A stretch of 64,000 nucleotides of DNA from Trichosphaerium sp. ATCC 40318 (taxonomy: Eukaryota > Protista > Tubulinea): contig JALMLS010000330.1 of assembly GCA_038496445.1 (NCBI GenBank), positions 90,274 through 154,273 on the forward strand. Reading direction: 5' to 3'. A model generated the notes under the pieces. The model saw nothing but the letters and a program-made list of their open reading frames with translations, was not told where the DNA came from and searched no databases. Positions 49,401 to 63,103 of the stretch are shown here, piece by piece; position 1 is the first letter of the stretch; every line of letters begins with the position of its first letter. The position numbers and the translations under genes were made by a program.

Positions 49401-51322
49401 GCTATCGAAGTCATTAGTGGTGTTCCTATTGTAAAACTTACACGTACACTTTCTGCAAGTCCTATAAGAACTCTTCGTGTTGGTGAAGTAAAATCCAGTG
49501 ATCTTAAGATTGAGAATGTAGGTGATGTATCTATTGATACTCTTGAAGTAGCTTTAGGTAAGCAGAGGTTTTATTGCGGTCATAGCATTTAAAAGTACGC
49601 TAACACTTTTGCTTTCATTAAGGTGAACCTCCAAGCCTTGAGTTTAAGTCATTGATGGCATATATTGAAAGTTGCCTTATTTCTGAAGAAGATACTGTAA
49701 GTTGGGATGAAGAAGCTTTACAAGAGCAATTACCTATAGCTCCTGGAGATAGTATTATATTACCTATAACTTTACGTGGTAATCAAAGAAAGTAAGGGTG
49801 TTAAAGATGAACAAAGCACTAGCGTTTTTTCCATTTTTTTATAACATGTTTTGACCTCCTGTAGTGAGCCTACGGGCTTGACGTTTAAGTTTGGTAATGA
49901 TGATTGTAAACAAATGCTCATTAAAAATGTTGCATATAATATTGGTGTTGATGCATCGCTCTATGTTAAGGTACAGATGCTTTTCGAGCAAAAATTCTTG
50001 TTTCTTCTTTTTTCTGTATTTTTGTTTGTCTAATTTTCGTTTGTAGTCTCTTGAAGTAACCCCTTGTGCGATATCACATCTGAAAACACTAGAAAATTTT
50101 GTTCTTGGAGATAACAAACAAGCAGAGATTGGTGACATAACAAATGATACAGAATGTGATGAATCTTGGTGTACTGTTTCAATGACTATTGTTAATAATT
50201 CAAGAACAACTTACTATGTATCTTGGAAGACTGTTTGTTCTCAGAAAGAGGGTATACCGGACCAAGTAGCAATTGAACCTAGATCTGAAAGACGGTACGT
50301 TGAATTTTGCTTAATCTTTGAACAAACACGTGTACATACACGTGAAGTCGTGGAGGTCTTTTTTTTAAGTCTTTTTGTTTTTAGGATAGCTTTTCCATTG
50401 AAGAGGTTTTCTGTACCTAGAGAAGATGTACCTGAGCTTAAGGTTGCTGATATACGTCAAGCTATATCAACAGATAAGCCTTTAACACCTGAGATATTAT
50501 TTCCTCTTATAGAGATGGCTGCATATAAGCGTGCCTTTTTAAAGGCTGTTAATATTACTTGGTGTTCTGATACGGTACTAACCTGTTTTACGATTTTTGT
50601 TTTACTTGTGTTGGAGTGTTTGACTAACTATGATCTCTTTGTTCTTAGTCTAGGCTGAATTATGGTAAATTACAGCTAAGATACTTGCCATTCACCGAAG
50701 AGATGATTACTTATATGCGTGTACCGAAGTTGAACATTCGTGTTGGTATGAGAGCTGAAAAGTTTCTTTTTCCTTTGGTCTTTCTTTTATTTTTTTTATC
50801 TTATTTGTATTATTAGCTGCTTCGCCATCTGTGAATTTGAATGAGTTTTGGGAGGCAAAAGTTTCTATATTACCGAAAGGTATTAAACCGAAATATGTTG
50901 ATATATTTCCTTTCACTTGTTCAGGTAATGACTTTTTCCTTTTGACACATTGTGACACTTCAGTTTCTTTAATTTTTTTTTTGGTTTGACCTTCTTTCGA
51001 GTTTTGTTTTATGTAGTTTTCTTTGTTACTTTATTATTTTGTTAAATATGCTTAGGTGCATCTATTGAAAGAGTTTCAAAGAGTATGGGTCCTGTGAGTT
51101 GTCTACGAACAACAGATCATGTTGAAGTTTGGGGCGGAGAGGAAATTCCTTTTATATTCTCATTTCACAGAACGGTGCTGAGCGGTTTTTAAAACTAACC
51201 ATTTCTTACTTTTCTGAATTTAGGGAGAATATCAGCTTGCTATAAGATGCGTTGATGAAGACTCTCAAGAATTTTGGAGCTGGTCAAACAAGATTAAGGT
51301 TGTTGTTCCTGTAAAACGATAA
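46411..51322 (+). CDS. TRAPPC9: TRAPP II subunit Trs120/TRAPPC9
   Basis: IHVVLLPVGPV, DWENIHSHRKIFG|VIGL, RWTKCQGDICLLAGSPKDA, DFVWSAAAQEG, MGYKRKYAYF; long multi-exon gene. Confidence 0.88.
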
Positions 51323-51427
51323 ACAAATAATAACGATGGTTTTTGACAACCCAACAGAAAATGTAATGGTTTTACCCAGTAATAAAATGATTAATGTAAG
51401 TTACTGAGTTTATTTGAATTAGACTGC

Positions 51428-52731
51428 TTAGATATAAGTTGACTTGTATTTACCTCTAAGGACAGTTGAAGTTGCAATTGTTTTACCATCAGACAACAGT
51501 TGTTTGATAACATCTCGAGCATCTTTGCTGCTTACATCAAGTATTGTACTTTCTTCCGTTCTAGCAAATACTTGAACGCTATACATATGTGTATCAGGGA
51601 AACCTGGGCACATGCCTTGATATCTGTTTAACGAACAAAATGAGCAATTATTAATAAACCACAAAAACAGTAAAAATGTAAACATCAATTCACGTGCCTG
51701 TTCGTTCCATGTGAATTTTGAAGTTCCTTAGATCCTGAAGGCATGTTGTATTCACTGGCATTTGAAGGTAATCCCGTATCAAAACTTGGAATGTCTACAA
51801 CAAGCCACTGTATTAAATCAAGAAGAGAAGGCTATATAGACAGAAATTAGGAAATTGTTTGAAGATCCATTACAGAAAAGGAGAGCTTAAGGGCCAAAAA
51901 CAAAAGTGATTTTGTGATAAAAATTGGCAAAAAAGACCTTTTTTGGAGTTTTTTTGCGATTTCTAAGAATCTCCATCTTTCTCCACCTTATCACTGCTGC
52001 TGACGCATTTATATCACATGGCGGCCATGTGACAAAAGTATGGGCACCGTAGGATGCCGTAGTAAAATTGTTAAAATTTCAGCAACACTTTTCTGGTTTA
52101 CATGCAGATTTGAACTAACACCCATCCGCATGTAAACCAATAAGTGCGATGTCTGGTGTAAACGATCAACAATTTAAATTTTTTGATTTTTTGCTCAGAG
52201 TGCAACCTTCCCTTAAGATTTTGCACATATTGAATCGTACAATAATAGCATCTGGATCATGGACAAGTAGTACATAGCTCTTTACAGGCTGAAAAAGCTC
52301 TTCCCATTGAACTGGAAACTAAAAGTATAGCGTTAGAAAAGATGTTTAGGTTTGAACTTCAAAGTTGTGATAACTTTTTTTTTCGGAACATTTTGAAAAT
52401 AAGGCACCTTCGTGTAGTTTTGAGAAAAAAAAGTAGATATCTAGGCATCTAGATATTTTCGCGGATAAAAAAAATCCAGATAATCACAACCTAGATTTCT
52501 TTTTTGTATTGCTTTGTTTTTTAACTTACTGATGGCTCTATTGTACTTCTATTGCTATGAAGGCACCCATACATTCTAGGTATTACACCACCTGAAGAAA
52601 ACGCTGGAGAGAAAAGCTTGAAGGACGATTGACCTGAAACAAAGCAAATACAAAATAGAACGATCTGGAGTACAGTAAATAAACGCTACAAGTGATGAAA
52701 AGTAACTTACATATATCGCTGTTGTGTTCAT
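51428..52731 (-). CDS. YbhB/YbcL-type PEBP family protein with signal peptide
   Basis: FKLFSPAFSSGGVIPRMYGC, KSYVLLVHDPDA, IQWLVVDIP, RYQGMCPGFPDTHMYSVQVFA. Confidence 0.82.
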
Positions 52732-52819
52732 GACAGTAAAGTGTATAAAATAGGGCTACAGACTTATGTTGAACACGAATTTCGAGAATTTAGAAAAAGA
52801 GACTTCTCACGTGATTTAA

Positions 52820-52971
52820 TATTGTCCGTTTCAGTCAACTAGTTATTTCGTCATTTATTTCTCGTAAAAAGTGCTCCATCCAATGGATACTACAACACAA
52901 ATAAAGTGCTTCCAGAGCGAAAAATATCTGGCGAAATAACTAGTTGACTAACTTGACTGAAACGGACAATA
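52820..52971. mobile_element. MITE-like element (about 152 bp) with about 31-bp terminal inverted repeats
   Basis: tattgtccgtttcagtcaactagttatttcg recurs inverted at 52932-52971 with a 9-nt internal duplication; both ends are TA. Confidence 0.6.
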
Positions 52972-53513
52972 CAATTTAGTGTCCTTGTACTAGCAAATGC
53001 CCCGCAACAAGCAATAATTCGCCCTACACTTGATATCCCTTTCACACGAATTCGCGAAAGTAGCGCTAGTGTAATTACACTGTGCCATTTTATCTGCTAG
53101 GGTTGTAGCATATTGTTTAACCATTAAAAGTACCAGTACTTATGCTAAGGTGCACATAGCAAAGAGAACGAATGTCAACTTCAGGACGAATTACGTATTC
53201 GCTGGCTTTGGAATCAAACAGCAACCAGCAATAATAGTGAACTAACATACGTCAATCTTTGCCGGTCTTTGCAATGTTTGTGGAGAAAATACAGCTCCGT
53301 AGTATCTTCAATAGTCCATAGAAATGATCTACGCGACAAGAAGTGTGTTACTAATACGACATAGCGATTTCTCACAGACATACATGTCTTTTCTATAGCG
53401 TGGCTTAAGACTTTGAAAGGCACTTAGTAGGTTATGAAATCAGAACAGTACATCGGTACGCTTTATTACATCGATTTTGTTTTTTTTTTTTTTTTTTTTT
53501 TTTTTTCTCTTCA

Positions 53514-56500
53514 TCACGTGTTACATAATATTTGCAAAACTACAAAAGTATACTCAAAGGCTAATTCAAACAAATGCTCATAACGTCCTGCAGCACCCAA
53601 ATGACCTTGATTCATATTCATCTTTAGCAACACAAGGCTTCCCTTATTAACTGATCGAAGCTTTGCTGTGTATTTAGCTGCTTCCCAGTATTGAACACGA
53701 GTGTCATTAATACCTGAAAAAGAATAAGGGCGAGAAACAGAAGAAGAAAAAAGTCAAAACGAAAAAAAAGAAAAAAAGACAGCACATGAATTTCAAAGCA
53801 GATGGCCAAACTCCCATTGGATTTACATGGGATGTTGATCATATTATACGAAACTAGGGGTTGGCGTAAAAACAACACAAAAGTTGTCGTTTTATCAGGT
53901 CGTAGTAGTAATAGAACTCCTTCGGGGTTCAAAGTGAAGAAAAAAAACACATGTTGTTCATGATTTTAAACAAATCAATATAACCAATCACGTGGTTGAT
54001 AGTAATGAATAATAAATGCTTACCGGCAGTAATAAGAATATTAGGATATTTCAACGGACGTATATTATCATATGGAGAATACGTCATAAGGTATGAAAAA
54101 ACTTCGGGGTCATAAGGATTTCCCCATTCTTCGTGTCTTGAAGAAAAAAAAAGTTAACTCCGGAAGCTAAAGGTTTTAAGATCGTTGACAAACAAAGCGT
54201 ACTCGATAACAGTCAGAGGCAATGATTGGTCCAACATGGAATTTACAATATCTACAAATGGTACCTAGTCATAAAGCGTTAGTTGTTGTTGACGTAGGAG
54301 GTTGACAAAGAGTAAATAGACATTTGAAAAAAAAAATCTAAAATAAGGCGTACATCTAGTATCGCTGCTTTATACAAATGCGGTACCGTATTAATAACAG
54401 CACCCACTAAAAGACCACCTGCAGAAGCCCCTTTAATTGCCAAGCGATCTGATCGTGTGTACTTCTAAATAAAAGTCAAAACGTCAGAACGAAAAAGAAA
54501 CCCAATAAAAAAACATTGTTCTCTTTTTTTTTTGATGTTGCGCATGCATCACGTGGAACCAATTACGTAAAATCAATGTTCGTCATGTTTTAAGACGCTA
54601 TTTTACTTTTCAAAAACGTTGTGCGTACCTGAGCAATAAGGAACTCTGTTACAGATATGAAATCTTTAAAAGTGTTTTCCTTTTGCCTATACTTGCCATT
54701 CTCGTACCAAGAACGACCAAGCATACCTCCACCCCGAACATGAGCAATAGCGAACACAATACCTCGATCAAGTAGGGATAAACGTGATGTTGAAAAAGAA
54801 GGATCTATAGTGAGACCATAAGATCCATAACCATACAAATACCTGTAAATGAAAGTCAACACAAAGAGAAGAAAAAAAAACTACAAAACTACTTTGCGTT
54901 GAGGTCAACCGAAACAAATAAAACAGTCCTGCCATAGGCTAGCGATAAAAAATACTAATAATTGGAGGTATTAAAAGAAAAGTGTCAACACAGTCTTGGT
55001 AATCTGTGAATGAAACATTCAATGAAAAAAAAATGCTCTCTAAAATGCATTTTGTTAGTTAGTTCGTACATTGGGTTAGATCCATCAAATTTAAATAGAT
55101 CTTTACGATAAACTAGACTAATAGGTACAGAAACACCATCATGACCATTAGCAAAAACGCGTTCAGATCTATAAAGAGAAGAATCATAGCTAGGAACCTA
55201 TAAAAAAACGTGATGAGTTTTTTGGAGGAAGAAAAGAAAAAAATGAGAATCAAGTTTTTACCTGTTTTTGTTTTCTCAAGATTTTCTTCCTTGTTATAAC
55301 ATCATAATCGTATATAGATGCAGGCGTTGTAAAAGAAGAGTAAGAAAATCGGAAAACATGATTAGCATATTCCTCATTAAGTGCAGTATTCATTGTGTAT
55401 CCAGGCTCATCAAATTGCATGTAATGATCTTCTCCATTTGGACGCCAAACACGTGCTCTTGTTTTACCATTTGTGCGCTCCCATATCTATAAAACAAATC
55501 AGTAAACATATTTGAAGCGTTTTAGTTGATACTAACCACTAGAAAGTCCTTGAAAGTATCAACATGAATTAATTTAACATCAGGTGAATACGGGAAAACA
55601 GCCCTCCAATTTTCTTGTCGTGTTGTATCAGCATTCTAACAACAGATCAGCTTGTGTCAAGATTATAGTAGCAAAACATTCTTTTCTTGTAAACAAACAA
55701 TACAATAAAAATAAAAATAAAAAGGACAAGAGAGGCCCTTCATGAAGACTTAAGTAAACCAAAATAAAAGTTGCTATTTTTGGAACACAAAAAATTCCCT
55801 CAACTAACCTCGTCTACAACCATGAGTTTAAAGTTTTTAGCGCCATCTTGGTTTGTTAATATATAAAAATTTGTATCTTGATGATACACATAGTACTAAA
55901 GAAGAAAACATAAGCATCAACAACAAGCTTTAAAAAAAATGCGATAAAAAACACATTTCATAAATAAATAAAACTAAAACTTACTTCTACGTCTTGTGCA
56001 CGAGGCAAGAATAGCTGTGGACGAGAATTAGGCATATCTGCGCGTATAAAATGTACTTCAGAAGTAACTGCGCTCTCAGAGATAAGAAATAAAAATTTCC
56101 TGTCCATAGACTTTTCTAAATAAACATGGAACTTCTGGTCGAGTTCTAAGAAAGAAAGAAAAAAAAAGTTAGCATCCAAAAAAAAAATCCAAAAAAAATT
56201 TGAAGATTACTCACCATGTATTAATAATTCATCTCTTTTTGTATCCAAAAAGTGTTTATATACTTTATATGGTCTTTGTGATTCATCACGAACTAAAGAA
56301 AAAATAAGGTAAACAAGAGAAACAACACGGAAAAATAATTTAATTTTTCCATATTTTGATGTAAACAATCCGACTTTTTTCTTACTTGTATAAAAGACAG
56401 TCTTATTATCATTCGCCCATTGCAAACTCTCTGTATTTTTTATATAATTCTCTGATAGCTCACCAGTATTTAGGTTTTTAAAATACGTTGTGTATTGTTC

Positions 56501-57404
56501 ATCGCCTGGGCAAGCAAGTAAGTGAATAGCACTTGTGAATAAAAAAAATAATGATGAACAGCACTTGCCTTCAAAATCAACAGAAAATGCCAGCATCGCA
56601 TGACTCGGACTTATTTCATAAATACCAAGTCGACAGTATTCTCGACCTTCAGCCAAGCCATTATAATCAAGTAAAACCTTGAGTGAAGTATCAGTAACAT
56701 GAAAAATCTATCGAAAACTTTTCGTAAGAATGTTAGGGTTTTTTTAATTACTTCTTCAACTGCATTGTTCATATCTTCCTCTTTTTCAGCTCTTTTTCTA
56801 CAATAAATCTTGCATTCTTCTCTATGCTTTCCACGATCTTTAATAAACGACTTGAGACTAAACAAAAAAGCGATAGGTTAGAGAAAACATTTTGGGACAA
56901 AAAAGTGACGAAAAAGTAAAACAAAAGACAACTTTCTCCAACGGTTTAACGTTATCATTTCATCTTTATAATAAAGTCAACGTACTAATAGAAGTATGGT
57001 CCGCATTTATAAGGTAACGACATATCCGTTACTAAACGGCGTTAAGAAATAAAACTAAAATCTTCAAATATTACCTGAAGCCCTACCAAGCATTTCTGAG
57101 TATAGAGTCTTTTGCATTTCTTGCGTTGGCCTCATCTTTTCTATAACAGAAAAGGAAATAAGTTTTTTTGAGGAACGAACTCAACAATAAAGTTTTAAAT
57201 GCGTTTAAAAGCGTTCAAAAGCGTTTATATTTTAAAACAAACAGTTAACGTACCATTTGTGTATGCATTCTCCGCTTCTAAGTAATCCCTAACGCAAGGG
57301 TCGTGCTTTCCACGTAACCAAAAGTAATCATCGTGAAGCCTGTGGTTGTGTATTTCTGTTACATGTAGTGATTTAGCTGCTATTGGCTCCCTCGCTGTGC
57401 GCCC
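53514..57404 (-). CDS. ptrB: Oligopeptidase B (S9A); start codon uncertain
   Basis: [37 protein letters not shown]; catalytic GASAGG, NDTRV and GHLG; EEWGNP, YSPYDNI. Confidence 0.92.
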
Positions 57405-57837
57405 TATTTCGTGTCAGTTTTTCTCGTCGTGTATTCGATCAGAGCATCGAAAAACATTCGATATCGTTATAACGTGACGCATTAAATCATTAGGGCGTAA
57501 TTAAACGTTCTGGTTAACGTTTAGCACTTGCGCTACGCAGAAACGCTGGGTAGCTAGCAGAGGGTTTTACATACCAGCCGTGGGCGCGTAGCGAGATGGA
57601 TTAGAGCTCTTGCGACGAGAAATCTTTTGCGTTGCCAATTATTCCGTTTTATATGTTGTCGCTGTAGCGTTAGAATTTTCCGTTGCTTTGCGGGGCACCT
57701 ACAAGAGAACAAGCATTATAAAGCCGGAGAAAATTAGTACGACTTCGTCAATGCTAAGTCAAACAAACGGGGAATTTGCTAAATTAGTTTTCTTTTAGTT
57801 GTTAGCTATGATCAATACCATAAACTAAACAATAACA

Positions 57838-60800
57838 ATGTCGAGGCGTAGTAGAAGTGCTGTTGATGATTCAGGGTCTAGTGAACAAAGTGGGTGGGAC
57901 GTTTCAAGTAGTATGGATACAGAAATACGAGACGTTGCGTTAGGATCCTTGCAAACAGTTGAATTATTATCTTCGTTGGTATTCTCGCATCAAGTAAGCT
58001 ATATTGCCTAGTAATAACCTCTAACACGCGCCAGAATGATATAGTGAGGCTTACTAAGGAAAATCAACGATTACGTCAGAAACTCGAGCTACAAAGTCGC
58101 AGACTTGATGAGTTATCTGCATTCGTGTACAATGGTAAACAGTTACTAAAAAAGATAGTTTGCATAACTTTCGCCCGTTTTGTACAGAGGGTTTAAAACT
58201 GCAATATGAAATAACACTTTAATAGTACGCAGTCCTAGAGGAAGATCAGCAACAGGAGACGAATCTTCAAGGCAACGAAGCCGCAAGAGTTCTCGTGCGG
58301 GTCCACGCAGAACACTATCTGTAGACTACCAAGCAGACGGGAAGAACTATAAGGCAGTAAACAAGCGATTTTTATCTTTTCTGGAAGAATCGAACCTAAG
58401 AGCGTATATGACACTATTTAAATCATCTGATCCACTATATTTATCATATGCAACAAATGATACAGGTTTATTTAGACAAGTACGTAATATTATTATTTTT
58501 CCAAAACTCTAAAAACGAACACCCATAAAAATGAGTGTTTTGGGTACACAATTTCTCTGTGTATTAGACAACAGCGTAGAAAAGCTATTTCATTCTAAGT
58601 TTTTTATGCGTTGCTCGATTTTTTTTGTACTGACAAGAATTTCATAGTGCTCTCATAAGCAAACTCAAATAGTCCTATCGAAAGCCCCTACAAGGAAGAT
58701 ATTTGACCTACTTATGCTACCAATTGAAGGCACGTACTTGACAATAATTTGAGAAGTTAAAAATGAATGAAGTAAAAAGACATAAACGTAATAATCAATA
58801 GATGAGTTGAGATCAATTTTTGATCAACCTAAATTTGCTCGATGCTTTTTTCTAACGTACCCTGCTTGGGCATGTCATGATGAAGTGTTTGAGGCACTAA
58901 CAGATGGCATATTACACAAAGATTCCAAAAAGTACACTAAACAAAACCACTTTACAGTTTTCTAACTGTTTCTGCTTTAAAGGGACTTAGAAGCTGTTGT
59001 TGGGTCAATGTGTATTTGGTTACAAGTACTGAGAGGCAAAGATTTTAAAATGGATCAAGTCAGGCACAAGTACGTAGCATAACAAATATGACACGAAGTG
59101 TAATTAAATTTTAGAAAGCTCCGAAGCTTTACAAAACGGCTGAAAGCGGCTTCACCTCTTTCAGGTTCACGCCTCATTGAAGCTTACGATCGTCAAAAAT
59201 CAACATACACTGATATTAATATAGTCAAGTCTTACCCAGAGTATGTGATACAGTGGTATAATATTTTTTTTCTGACTTTCGGCCTAGTACAATTGTACCA
59301 AAAGTGGAAGATTTTACATTATTGGATATTGATGTTGTTGAGCTCTCGCGCCAACTTACGATTACAGATTCAGTACTACACGGTAATATAACTCCGTGGG
59401 AGTTCTTGAGCAAGGGTTGGGTTGGTGTAGATGCCAAGGCTGTTTCACCACACCTTACAACCTTTATTGAGTCCAGCAACAAGGTAATGTGTTTTTTGTT
59501 TTAATTGTCTTCGCTACAAACAAATATATTTTCTCTTTTTTTCTCCCTTTTGATACTGGTAATATTTATCGTTGTTCGTACATGACACAGATATTTTCAA
59601 GGGTGAAGAAAACTGAGAAATTTGAAATGAAATTCGAGTATTTTTCAGCTCCAAAATTCGACTAAATGCAAAAGAGAGTTGACATCACTTTTAGATTCAT
59701 AATTGGTTCTGTACTGAAATACTGCGCCAAGAGAACGCTAAGATAAGATCACACTATATAACGAAACTGATTAACTTGGCAAGAGCGTTCCTAAAAATCA
59801 ACAATTACAACGGAATGTGAGTTTCTCCGCTTTTCTTGTTTTTTGTGTGATTTTCTGACCTTCATTTTAGTTACGAAGTAGTTACTTGCTTAGAAAGTAC
59901 TGCTATTCAACGTTTGAAATCGTCGTGGGATGTAAGTATCAGTTTTTAACATAGAAATATGAACGAAGTTTGAAGTAATCTTACGTTTTATGTAGCTTGT
60001 TTCCTTGCATGATAAGAAGGAGTTAGAGTCTCTTCAGGATGTTGTATTTAGACAACAAAGTTATAAAAAGAGGTTACAGAGTATTAACGAGTCTTCTGTG
60101 GCCTGTGTACCTTTGACAAGTGAGTCTTACTTTTGTATTTATTTATTACATTTTTCGTGGTTATTTTTTCTTGTTGTCTAACTTTGGTGTTTAGGTTTCG
60201 TTTGTGCAGCTATGTTTAAAGTAGATGATACTCAAGATTCATCTATTAATAATAATACAATGATAAACTGGGAAAAAATGTCAACTATGGGTGACATACT
60301 ATGGGACTTTCATAAGTTCCACCACTCGTATTATTTTAGATCTGATCCAAACATACAAAAGTTTATTAAACAAGCAGAGGTACTACCGTTAATCGTCCAA
60401 TCTGTATTTTACTTACGCATTATACAATAGATATTTGAAGTAGAAGAAACTAGGTTCGCTATAGCTGAGCTTCGTGAGTTATATGACGAAGACTTTGGAA
60501 GTCATCCACATGCTACCAAGAGAAAGTTAACTTCTCTTTCGCTTTCTCTTAATAGAAAGGGACAAATTAATCAACCAAGCGTTATAGCACAGAATGCCAA
60601 CATGACTAAGAAGGAGTGTTGGCAGTGGTTGTTCCAAGCGAACGGAGTTAGATCGATTAAAAGGAGTACGACAAAACTATTACTAAAACCAAACGTTTCT
60701 TACATTTTTACGCTTTTAGGTCACAGGATAGTACAGAGTGGTGATGACAACGAAAAACTATACTGGATACAGGACGGTACTGTTAATGTATGTAGTGGTA

Positions 60801-62525
60801 ATAATATCGTTGCTACATTGGGTCCTGATGATATCTTTGGTGAAGAATGTTTGATGAGTGGTGTACGTTGTTTAATACATTTAGCAAGTATGTTAATTGG
60901 ACTTTTTTTTTCTTTAGCTGAAGGGCATGTATACATACGTAGCTGCAACAGATGTCACTTGTTGGGTAGAAACTAATACTAATATACTACGTGGATCAGA
61001 ATCAATGCCAAGAGTAGCACAGATACTATTTAAGTTTGTTGCTAAAAGACTTGCAAAGTGTTTGGCTTCTGCAGGTCGTAAAATAACAAGGGAGTTATTG
61101 GTACGCCACTATACGTCTTTATCACCCCACTAACCTATTTATTTAAGATGACAAACGAATCACCAAAATCTACACCTCAGCTTAATGTTATGACCTCACT
61201 TGCAAAGGAACTTCGTATGAATGGCAAGCTACAGCGTACTTTTAATCTACAGGTAATAGCAATTACTATTTATTTCACAAAATCCAAATAATCCTTTTGT
61301 GCTTTATTAATTCGGGAATAGGGTGAAACTGTTCTTAGAGAGCTATCTTGTTCTTTAAAGAAAGGAAGACATTCAACAGGACGTATGTTCATTACAAAGA
61401 ACTACTTATGTTACAGTGGTAAAGCATTTGGATTGCATGTAAAAGTACGCCTCTTTTTTTTTGTATTAACGTTGGTTGCTTATTGTGACTTTAGGAACAC
61501 TTCAAGATAGCAGATATAATCAATATTAATGCTGCTAAGAAGAAAGACGTCGTTAATATTAGTGTCAAGACTGACGCTGATGTCAAACTTGTAAGAACCA
61601 TGCAGAGTTAACCTTGTTATTGTTTGACTAACTTTTCAATAATAGTACACTTTTGGTTTTGAGCAAAAAGATGAAGCTTTAGATATACTTAAAACTACAG
61701 TTGATCTTCACGCTCCAAAGACACGCATACAAGCTATTCAATTACTTGATGATGAAGATGATGATAAAGAGAATATGTTACCTTCAGAGAGTGATTGGAG
61801 TATAATACTTAAAGGAGCACATCAAGTTACTTACAGAAAAAATCAAGTCATTCTTCAAGAAGGTATGACCTCATTTCTCTCTCAGTTTGACAAGAGCCAT
61901 TACTACTTGGAGGAGCTTATGTTTTGTCACTAGGAACTCGTATAATACCACGACTGTTCCAGCTTACTAAAGGTAAGTGTAAGGTGCAAGTTGGTACAAG
62001 AAAGAAGGCACCTAGCGTAAAAGCACCTCATTCTTTGGATGCAGCACATGACTGCATCTTTGGTGAAATTGTACGTTTGATTGCTTTGTAAAAAGCAGTA
62101 TTTCTATTACTCGTATTTTGTTATTGTTTTTGGCTGTTGACTTTTTTCTTACTTTTTTAATAGTCCCTATTGTTGACGAGAAAAAAAGCTTCTGCTTCTG
62201 TTATTGCTGCTTCAAAACTAGTTGAAGTGAATATTGTAGATGGAGCGTTTTTGGATGTTTTGTTCCACTACAAGCCAGATATTGCTGGAAGGTTAGTCTT
62301 CATTCATTACGATTATTTTCTCTTATTTTTTCGAAGAGATTCGGTTTTTTTTCTTCTGCTGTACGTTCCCACTAACTTTTTCAATGAAGGTTTTACTATT
62401 ATTTGGCGTTTACAATGGCAGAGAGATTGAAACATAATTATTATCATAAAGAGACATCAGATAGTTTAGATGCCATGAAGAAAGTATCTTCTTCTGGAAC
62501 TCTTCCATTTATTGGTGACTTGTAA
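57838..62525 (+). CDS. RasGEF-N + RasGEF + cNMP + GRAM + cNMP protein (Dictyostelium GbpD-like)
   Basis: ELSRQLT, NWFCTEIL, INNYNG, IQRLKSSW, MINWEKM (CDC25 domain); LYWIQDGTV..LGPDDIFGE (cNMP); SCSLKKGRHSTGRMFITKNYLCYSGKAFG (GRAM); second cNMP LFQLTKG..IFGEI. Confidence 0.85.
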
Positions 62526-62899
62526 GAAGATCTTGGTCTCTTCTCTATAGATTTCAGAGAAGAAATTAAGTGATAGTGTACAAACCTCAAGTCTTTGTTG
62601 CCTAAGGCGTATGTGTTCTTTGTTGTAATTAAAATAATGCAATAATAAAGTGTAAAGTATTATAATGTTTATTTCTTGTTTTTTTGTTAGCACAGGGGAG
62701 TAACATTAGATGAAATGGGATAGTAGTACATGAGTAGAACGTGTAAATGAGATAATTGAGGCCCTGAATTTATTAAGAACTTAGATACAACAAGGGAAGT
62801 CGACCTTAAAGTCTAGAATCTAGCTGTGTTCATCTTCAGGAGATTGTTGGTCATTGTGTGTATATTTTGTGAGCGTACAGAAAAAGCAGCTCTATTGTT

Positions 62900-63103
62900 T
62901 TAGTTTTTAACATAATCAACTACACATGTGCTTAATTGAAAGGACACTGTGTGATGCCATAATGAGGCATAGCCAAAAACAGAGTAGAGACTACTCACAG
63001 AAGGTATGCAGTCGACAAGAATAAACTTAAGAATTGTAGCCCTTATTTCCGTCGGTATTGTATAAAATACACCTGTACCGCGAGTTACGTTTGTTTCTAT
63101 CAT
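62900..63103 (-). other. Possible degenerate F-box-like fragment
   Basis: FYTIPTEIRATILKFI resembles an F-box start; no downstream domain recognised. Confidence 0.25.

Noticed and set aside
53480-53506. Long poly-T tract suggesting a retroposon tail
   Set aside because: It lies right after the stop of the intron-rich oligopeptidase B gene; no element body or target-site duplication.
25816-62525. RapGAP, RasGAP and RasGEF in one window as a functional cluster
   Set aside because: Far apart with unrelated genes between them; such regulators are numerous in amoeboid genomes.
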